Source: Deltaproteobacteria bacterium (GTDB taxonomy: Bacteria > Myxococcota_A > Polyangia > Haliangiales > J016). From it: DNA of 64,000 bases. The notes below the pieces were generated by a model. It saw only the letters and a list, made by a program, of their open reading frames with translations, was not told where the DNA came from and ran no database searches. The stretch covers positions 4,177-68,176 of the forward strand of contig RFGE01000022.1 in the NCBI GenBank assembly GCA_003696105.1, in the 5' to 3' direction. This document shows, piece by piece, positions 28,211 through 36,700 of this stretch. A program made the translations under genes and the position numbers. The number at the start of each line of letters is the position of its first letter. The stretch's first letter is position 1.

Positions 28211-29869
28211 CTACGGCATCTCCATTCGCGACACGGCGACGACGCCCGCGCGATCGGCGTAGACCGCGACCTCGATCGTGCCGAACGCGGCCGCGATGCG
28301 GTCGACCAACCGCACGACGTTCGGGTCGGGCGTCCCCATCGCGAACGCGGACGACAGAAGCTTCATGTAGCGGCCGTAGTCGTACGCGAACGCGACCAGC
28401 GGTCCGTCGTGACGCCGCTTGGCGCCGAGAAACTGCACCATCCGGTCCACCGCGCCGGGGCCGAGCGACAGGCCGATCCAGTCGCCGCGGCGCGCCAGGT
28501 GCGCCTTGCCGGGAATCGGCAGCCCCAGTTGTACCTCCACCGGTTTGCCATCGGCCGGCAGGTCGACGCCGGCGAGGACCGGCAGCGCGGTCGCCAGCTT
28601 CGCGAGCAGAGCGTCTCCGGCGGTCGTGCCGACCACGGCGAACCCGCTGCCGGTGGGCGACGCGCCGTCGAGCGACAGCGACTGCACCGCGAACGCACCG
28701 CCGCGGATCGCCGCGACCTCGGCCGGCACCGTGTCCGCCGCGATCTGTCGGGCGGCGTCGTTGAGCTCCGCCAGATCCGCGCACTGATAGGGTGCGGCCT
28801 GCACCCGCCGAGCCCAGCTTTGCATCGACTGGACGACCGCGTTCATGTCGACGGCAACTCCCATCGCGAACAGGGGCGAGCTGTGCGCCAGCGCCCGCAT
28901 GTCGGGTGCGTCTGCCCGCCACCCGGCGAGATCGCGCGCCAGGTCGTCGCGCAGTTCGACGACGACCAGCGTGTCCAACGCGTGCGCGTCCGCTCGCGTG
29001 TAGCCGAACACGCCCCGCGGCACCGACGCCGCGATCGCCTCGATCTCCTTGCGGCATTCCGCGGACAGGTCGGCGGACTCCCCCCACGCCCCGAGCCCGC
29101 CGTCGGCCAGCGCCCACCGGACGACGGCGCGCGCATCGATGTAGCCGGCCGCCACGCCGAGCAGGCCGTAATTGGCGATCGCGTCCCGCAGCGCCCCGGT
29201 GTCCGCCAGCGACCGCGCGGGCCGACGCGCCCCCGTGAGTACGGGCAACACGTCGTCGGCCGCGCCCGCGGGCAGCACCGCCATCACGAGATCGCCGCCG
29301 GCCACGCCGACCGCGAACAGCCCCACGTCCTCGACCGGCCACGTCCGCAGCGACGCGCCGCCGACCGCGCGCGGCGCCGCGCCCCAGCCGGCCGCGTCGA
29401 GTCGTGCGAACAGCGCCTCGGTCTTGGCGGGATCCTTCAGCGCGACCCGCAGCGCCAGCGCCGGCCCGATCGCGTACACGGCGTAGTACGCGGGCGGCAG
29501 CGCGAGCCCCACGCGCTGCAAGCCGTCCGGCGACAGGTCGCCGCCGAGCGCGTCGTAGACCGCGCGGGCGATCGGATCCGCGGGCGGCTCCGCCTCCGCC
29601 GCCATCTTCGCGATCGGCGCCCACACCGCGCCGAACCGAGCGGCGGCGTCGTCGGGCAGCGGCCTCAGCCCCGCCATCACGAACGGCGTGTCCGCCGGGA
29701 TCAGCTTCAACATCTCGGGCTGCGGCACCTGCGCGGCCGGCCGCGGCGTGTACAGCGGCGGCTCGGACGGGTCGGCCGGCTCGCCGTCGGCCGGCTTGCC
29801 GTCCTTCGAGCACGCGGCCAACCACACCGCCGCGCACGCCACTGCCACTGCCAGCTTGCGTTGCAACAT
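28211..29869 (-). CDS. lipoprotein, unknown function
   Basis: Strong SD (GAGGAGGAGC) 1-10 nt upstream of ATG 29869. MLQRKLAVAVACAAVWLAACSKDG (lipobox). 552 aa, no motif recognised. Confidence 0.75.
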   Translation of the reverse strand: MLQRKLAVAVACAAVWLAACSKDGKPADGEPADPSEPPLYTPRPAAQVPQPEMLKLIPADTPFVMAGLRPLPDDAAARFGAVWAPIAKMAAEAEPPADPIARAVYDALGGDLSPDGLQRVGLALPPAYYAVYAIGPALALRVALKDPAKTEALFARLDAAGWGAAPRAVGGASLRTWPVEDVGLFAVGVAGGDLVMAVLPAGAADDVLPVLTGARRPARSLADTGALRDAIANYGLLGVAAGYIDARAVVRWALADGGLGAWGESADLSAECRKEIEAIAASVPRGVFGYTRADAHALDTLVVVELRDDLARDLAGWRADAPDMRALAHSSPLFAMGVAVDMNAVVQSMQSWARRVQAAPYQCADLAELNDAARQIAADTVPAEVAAIRGGAFAVQSLSLDGASPTGSGFAVVGTTAGDALLAKLATALPVLAGVDLPADGKPVEVQLGLPIPGKAHLARRGDWIGLSLGPGAVDRMVQFLGAKRRHDGPLVAFAYDYGRYMKLLSSAFAMGTPDPNVVRLVDRIAAAFGTIEVAVYADRAGVVAVSRMEMP

Positions 29870-29989
29870 CGCTCCTCCTCGTTGTCGGCCGGCGGATGTG
29901 CCGGCGATCCCCGGCGGATCGCCGCCGAATCGCGCCCGGCCCGGTCGCCGCGCGAACCGCCTGTCAGACTCGCCGCCTATATACCGCAC

Positions 29990-30637
29990 ATGCGCGTCTA
30001 TTTCATTGGAAGCCACGCCACCGGCAAGACGACGCTGTGCCGCTACGTCAGCCACCGCTATCGCCTGCCGATGATCACCGAGGTCGCCCGCCTCATCCTC
30101 GCCGAACAGGAGACCAACCTCGACGCGCTGCGCACCGACATGGACCTGGTCGCAGCCTACCAACGGCGCGTGTTCGAGCGGCAAATGCAGGTCGAGCGCC
30201 AGCACGACGGCTCGTTCGTGTCCGACCGCGCGTTCGACAACCTCGCCTACGCCGCCGAACACACCACCATCCTCGCGGAACTGCTCGGCGACCCGCGGTT
30301 CGACGAGTACATGGAGTGGGTCGCCGGCGGCGTCGTGTTCTTCTTGCGGCCGCACGCGTCGCTGTTGCGCGACGACGGCGTGCGCGCCGGCGTGTCGTGG
30401 GACGAGGTCGTCCGCATCGACGGGATGGTCAAGCTGCTGCTCGAGCAGTACCGCATCAAGTACCTGCCGGTCGAGAGCGTGTCGATGCAGGAGCGCGTGC
30501 GGGCGGTCGAGTTCGTGTTCGACCGCCTCGGCATCGCGGACCGCCCCGACGACACTCCGACGGCGCGCGAACGCCGGCGCGAAAGCGGGCGCGGAAACGG
30601 GCGTGGCAACGGCCACGACGTGCCCGCGTTCGTCTAG
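29990..30637 (+). CDS. P-loop ATPase (AAA_28 / NadR-kinase-like)
   Basis: MRVYFIGSHATGKTTLC (Walker A) and a later ...SFVSDRAF motif. 215 aa with a Gly/Arg-rich tail. Confidence 0.75.
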   Translation: MRVYFIGSHATGKTTLCRYVSHRYRLPMITEVARLILAEQETNLDALRTDMDLVAAYQRRVFERQMQVERQHDGSFVSDRAFDNLAYAAEHTTILAELLGDPRFDEYMEWVAGGVVFFLRPHASLLRDDGVRAGVSWDEVVRIDGMVKLLLEQYRIKYLPVESVSMQERVRAVEFVFDRLGIADRPDDTPTARERRRESGRGNGRGNGHDVPAFV

Positions 30638-30725
30638 GCAGCCGTTGCGCATCGGCGCGCCTGCTAGGTGCCGGGTTTGTCGCGCGCCGGCGGCGGGACC
30701 GCAGTTGTGCGCGCAGGCGGCTCCC
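30637..30725 (+). mobile_element. short (~89 bp) variant of the MITE-like element, copy D
   Basis: The 5' GGCAGCCGTTGCGCATCGGCGCGCC resembles the copy B 5' TIR. The 3' end GACCGCAG..TGCGCGCAGGCGGCTCCC is its imperfect inverted partner. The 5' TA is part of the ATPase TAG stop. Confidence 0.45.
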
Positions 30726-30783
30726 GCTCGCCCGGCGGCCGTGATAACGTCGCGTCTGCGCTCGCGTTTTACTCGTGGGGCCG

Positions 30784-33700
30784 ATGACCGACGACGTCAC
30801 GCCGACCAACCCGCAGCCGATCGACGTGCTGCAGGCGCAACTGGACGCGTTCCGCAAGGACCCGACCGACGCCGACCTGTACGTCGAGCTGCGCGCGGCG
30901 CTGCGCAAAAGCGGTCATCCGGACCTGTTGGCGGAAATTTGCGAGCTGCGCGCCCCACACGAACGCGACCCTCGCAAGGCGGCCGCCATGTGGTCGGAGG
31001 CCGGCGAGGCGCGCCTGCTCATCGGCGACGAACACCGGGGAGACCGCGACCTGCGACAGGCGCTCGCCATCGACCCGGCGGACGAGCGCGCCGCCGCCCG
31101 CTACGCCGAACGCCTGATGGTCGCCGAGCGGTTCGCGGACGCTGCAGCCGTTCTCGAGGCCGAACTCGCCGAACTCGAGCGCCGAGCCGCGGACGCGGCG
31201 GGCGCGCGCAAGCGAGCGGCCGAGCCGTTCGCGGCGCGGCGCGCGCAGCGCCACCGACTGCTCGCGCAGCTTTGGGACGAACGCCTGGGCCGGGTCGACC
31301 GCGCGCTACATCACTGGCAGCGCGCGTGGCGGCTCGAGCCCGACAAACCGGACGCGATCGAGGCGGCGCGCGCAATCTACGCGAGCCTCGGCGACCACGA
31401 CATGGTGGCCGAGTTGTATCGCGCCGAGTTGGCCGCGATCGGCGAGCGCGCGCCGGCCCGGCGCCGCGCCGAACTCGAACTCGCCCTCGGGCGTCTGATG
31501 CTGCGGCGCGGCGACGCGGCCGCAGCGGCAGCGCACGCGGAGAACGCGGTCGCGCTCGCGCCCGACTGGGCCGACGCGCGCGAAACGCTGGCCGAGGTGT
31601 ACGCGTCGCCCGTGTTCGCCGGCGAGTCCGATCCACAGCGGCGCGCCGGCGAGCTGTTCGTCGAACTCGGCCGAGCGGCGCTCGACGACGACGACCGCGA
31701 ACGCGCGATTACCTACCTGCGCCGCGCGCTCGGCGTCGACCCGTACTCGCGGGCGGGCACCGAGTCGCTCGAGGAGGCGCTGGCGATCGACGACCGTTGG
31801 GAGGAGCTCGATCGGTTGTACCAGCACCGTCTCGGCCTCACCGACGATCCACGCGAGCGACTCGTTCTGCTGCGCAAGCGCGCCCTGCTGTACGAGGAGC
31901 AGATCGACGACCGCGACGAACTCATCGCCATCCTCGAACAGATCGCGGCGGCCGAACCGCCGGGCGGCGACGCGAGCCGCCGCCTCCGACAGCTGTACCG
32001 GGAAACGGAGAACTGGGCCGCGCTCGCCGCGCTGATCGAGCGCGACATCGCGAACGTGCCAGAAGAGCCAGGCCCGCTCACGGACGCCCTGCTCGAACTG
32101 GCGACGATCGCCAAGGAGCACCTGCGCGAACGCGACCGCGCTGCCGAGTATCTACACCGCATCCTCACGATCGATCCGACACATCCGGAGGCGCTCGCGC
32201 GCTATCACGAGCACTTCCGCGAGCGGCGCGACTGGCGCGGCCTGGCCGACCTCACCGAGTTCGCGATCGACAACGCCCGCGACGCAGGCGCGCCGCCCGG
32301 CGAGATCGTCCGGCAACTCGAAGAATTGGCCCAGCTCGCCGAAATGCGGCTCGGCGACGTCGACCGCGCGGTCGCGACGTGGCAGCGCGTGCAGCAGATC
32401 GAGCCCGACAATCCGCGAGCCCGCGAGGCGCTGCGCCGGTTGGCATCCCGCGCGAAGATGTGGGAGTCGCTCGTCGGCGTGCTCGAGCAAGAGGCGGCGC
32501 AAGCGCAAAGCCCGGCCGAGCGCGCCGAGGCATTGCGCCGCATCGCTCAGGTCTACCGCGAGCGGCACGTCCATCCGCGCCAGGCGATCGCGCTGTTCGA
32601 GGAAGTGCTGCAGACGTTCCCTGGCGACGAAAGCGCGCTCAAAGCGCTCGCGGAGCTGTACGAGCGCGAGGGGGACGATGCCGGGCTCGCGCGCACGCTG
32701 CGGCGGCAGCTCGACGTCGACGCGCGGCGCGTCGCCGAGCGCCTGCGCGCCGAGGGCAAAGCGGCTGCGTCCGCACGCGACTGGCCGGTCGCGCAGCGGG
32801 TCGAACGGCTCACCACGCTGCGCCGGCTCGCAACGATGTACGAGCAACGGCTCGCCGACGTCGAGGGCGTCGTGTTCGCGTGCGCGGGCATTCTCGAGAT
32901 TCTGCCGGGCGACCGCGACGCGCTCGACCGGATGGAGCGCGTTCTCGAACGCGCCGGCGACACGGTCCGCCTCGAACAGACGCTCGAGTACCACGCCGAG
33001 GCGGCGACCGGCCCGGCCGAGCGCGCGCGCGTGCTGCGCAGGCTGGCGCGTCTCGCCCGCGACCGCGACGACCCCGCCGCGGCCATGGAGCGGTGGGAGC
33101 GCGTGCTCGCGGCCACGCCCAACGATGCCGAGGCGCTCGTCGAACTCGCCCACCTGTACGAGACGTACCGCCGGTGGTCCGAGCTGGCCGACGTGCTCGA
33201 GCGCTCGCTGGCGCTCGAACGCGCCCCCGCCGCCGGCACGCCGGAAGCCGCCCGCCGCGCGGCAAAACTGAAGAAGCTCGCCCGGGTCGTCGACCGGGAA
33301 CTCGGCGACGACGCGCGCGCGATCCGCGCCTGGCGGCAATTATTGGATATCCAACCGAAAGACCGCGACGCGCTCGACGCGCTGGCGCGGCTGTACGAAG
33401 CGCGCGGGCAGTGGCGCGACCTCACCGAGATCCTGGAGCGGCAGGCCCCGCTGTACGCGCACGACGACCCGGCAAAGGCGGCCGAAGTCATTCTCCGGCG
33501 AGCGCGCCTGCTCGAGGAGCGCCTCGGCGCGCCGGTCGAGGCGATCGACGCGCTGGAAGCGCTGCTGGCCGACGTGGACCCCGGGAACCTCGACGCACAC
33601 AAGGCGTTGCGCCGCCTGTACGAAGCGCGCGGGGACTTCGACGCCGCGGTTCGAATCGCCGAACGCGAGATGTACCTTAGCGCCGGCGAGGCCGAGAAGA

Positions 33701-36700
33701 TCGCGCGGGGCATGGAAATCGGCCTCTTGTGCCGCGACCAGCTCGGCGATGCAACCCGCGCGCTCCAGGCGTTCGAGCGCGTGCTCGAGCTGGCTCCCGA
33801 CCACGACGAAGCGCTCGCGGCCGCGGCCGAGTTGTACGCGCAGGTCGGCGACTGGCACCGGCACGTCGATGCGCTCGAACGGCGCCTGCCGCGCGTCGCG
33901 GCGGAGCGCGACCGCCGCGCGCTGTACATCCGCATCGCGCAGGCCAAAGCCGAGCGGCTGCACGACCCCGAGGGCGCATTCGCCGTGTTGCGCACCGCAC
34001 ACGAGGAGTTGCCCGATCCCACCACCATCGCCGAACTGCGCCGTGCCGCGGAGGCCTACGGCCTGTGGGCCGAACTCGCTGACGTCTACGACCGCGAGCG
34101 CCGGTCGCTCGCCGGAGCCGGCGGTCCGGCGGACCCGGACGCGTACGTCGCGGCGTCGCGCCAGGTGGCCGCGATCGCGGAGCGGCGCCTCGGCGACCGC
34201 GCGCGCGCCATGGATGCACTGCGCGACGCGCTCGCCGCGGCGCCGCTGGACGACGGGTTGGTCGCCGAGGCCGAGCGCATCGCACTCGAAGCCGACGAGC
34301 CCGCGCTGTGGCAGAAGCTGATCGACGTCCTCGGCGTACCGCTGACGGCGGTCGGTCGAGCCGAGCGGGTCGCCCTCCATACGCGGCGAGCGCGCATCTA
34401 CGAGGAGCGGCTCGACGACCCGAAAGGCGCCTTCGAAGAGCTGCTGCGCGCGTTCGCCTGGGAACCGCAGCGCGACGAGACCCGCCAGGCGATCTACGCG
34501 CTCGCCGAGCGCACGCGGCGGTGGACCGACGTGGTCGCCGTAGAGGCGGCGCTGTTTCAGCGCGCGCCGTCGCGCGAGGAGGCGATCGCCGTGTTGCGCC
34601 GCAAGGCGCAGGTGATCGAGGACCACCTGCACGAACGCGTTCGCGCGTTCCGCACCCACCTGGCCGCGTTTCTGCTCGCGCCGGACGACGGCGACACCGT
34701 CGCGCACCTGTGGCGGCTCGCACGGGACATCGGGGACTATCGGCCCGCCGATCGACGGCCGAAGCCGGAGCCGCCGCCGGCGCACGTCGAACCGACAGAG
34801 ATCGACGAACCGGCCGCGGTGCAGTCGGCGCGCCCGACCGCACCGGGGCGACGGGCTGCCGATACCGTGCCGGCGCCGCGCATCGAAATTCAATCGACGA
34901 CGTCGCGGGGCGAGCCGACACAAGAACTCACGCTGTCGGATCTCATCCCGCTGGCGGGCGGCCCGCAGCCGCCGCCGCGGGAGGACTCGACCGTCGAACT
35001 CGACCTCAACGATCTCGAGCCGGTCGCCCGGCAGGGCGAATCTCGCGGCGATCCGACCATCGAGCTGCGGACCGAGGATCTCATCCAGGCCCTCCGACCC
35101 GGCGACGACACGGCGCCGGTACCGCCGCCGCAGTCGTCGCGCCCGCGGCTTCCGGGGGTCCGCGCGCCGGGCCAGCCGCCGCCCCCGCCGCCGCGCCGGC
35201 CGACGATTGAACGCCATCCGCGATCTCCCCGGAGCGCGACGCCACCTGCCGCGAAACGCGCCGCGCCACGTCCCGTCCGCGGGCGCTCCCTGCCCGCGAT
35301 GCCCGACCGCGACTACGCATCCGCGTGGGACGAGTTCGCCACTGCCTACGAGTTGCTACCGGCGGCGAGCGACGCGGACAAGCTGCGCTGGCTGTTCCGC
35401 GCGGCCGAGGTGTGGGAAGCCGGCGCCCGCGACGTGGACCGCGCGTTCGAGGTGCTCGAGCGCGCGCTCGCGCTCGCTCCCGACGACGCCGAGCCGCGCG
35501 CCCGATTGCACCGGCTCGCCGCTGACCACGACCGGTGGGATCGACTGGCGGAGCTGTACGAGGCCGCCGCCGAACGAGCGGACACCGCCGACACGGCGGC
35601 CGCGCTGTACATGGAAGTCGCCGCGATCCGCGCAAATCAGGGCCATGCACAGCAAACCGAACGGTTGTACCGTAAAGTGTTGGGCATGCGACCGGATGAC
35701 GCGGTCGCGCGCGAGCGCCTCGAGGCGCTATATCGAGCGTCCGACCGCTGGGTCGACCTTGCGGCGTCGCTCGAAGAGCGCACGGATCCTCGCCTCGGTG
35801 CCGCGGCACCGGAAGCCGAACGCCCCGCGCTGTTGCGCGAACTCGCATCGATCTACCGCGACAAACTTCACCGACCGCACGACGCGCTCGATGCGCTCGA
35901 TCGACTGCGCAAACTGGTGCCGGACGATCTCGACGTCCTCGATCAGATCGCGGAAATCAACCAGGAAGCGGGCCATTTCAGCGCTGTAGTCGACGCGCTT
36001 CACAAGATCGCGGACCTCGCCGAGGGCACGCCGCGCGCACGCGAGGCGCTCCGCCGCATCGGCGCCATTTACGAGCGAGAGATCGAACTACCGGATCGCG
36101 CGATCGATGCCTACAACGAGATCATCGCCGCGTGGCCCGACGATGCGGATGCGTACGCCGCGCTCGATCGCCTGTACGAGAGCCACGCGCGCTGGCACGA
36201 ACTGGCCGATACACTGAGGCGTCGCGCGTCACTCGCCGACGACCCTGCCGAGCGCGCCGCGCTATTGCATCGGCGCGCGCGCGTACTTCTCGATTGGCTC
36301 GGCAACCCGGACGAAGCGGCCGCCGCGCTGCGCCACGCGCGCACGCTCAATCCCGACGACCCGCAGCTCGCCGACGATCTGGTCACCGCACTCGTCAAAG
36401 CCGGCCGCGAACGCGAGGCCGCCGCGGTGCTCGAAGGCCGAGTCGAAGCGCTCACCCGCGACGGCGCGGCCGCCGGCGACATCGCGGCGCTGTGGATCCG
36501 CCTGGCGCAGCTCCGCGCCGATGCGCTCGACGACATCGACGGCGCACGGCGCGCGCTCGACCGCGCGCTCGAGTTGGTGCCCAATCACCCGACCGCGCTG
36601 TCGGTCCACACGCGCCTGGCCGACACGGACACCGACCCGCGTGCGTACGCGGAGGCGCGCCTGCGCGAAGCCGACGCGCTCCGCGACATCGACGATCAGA

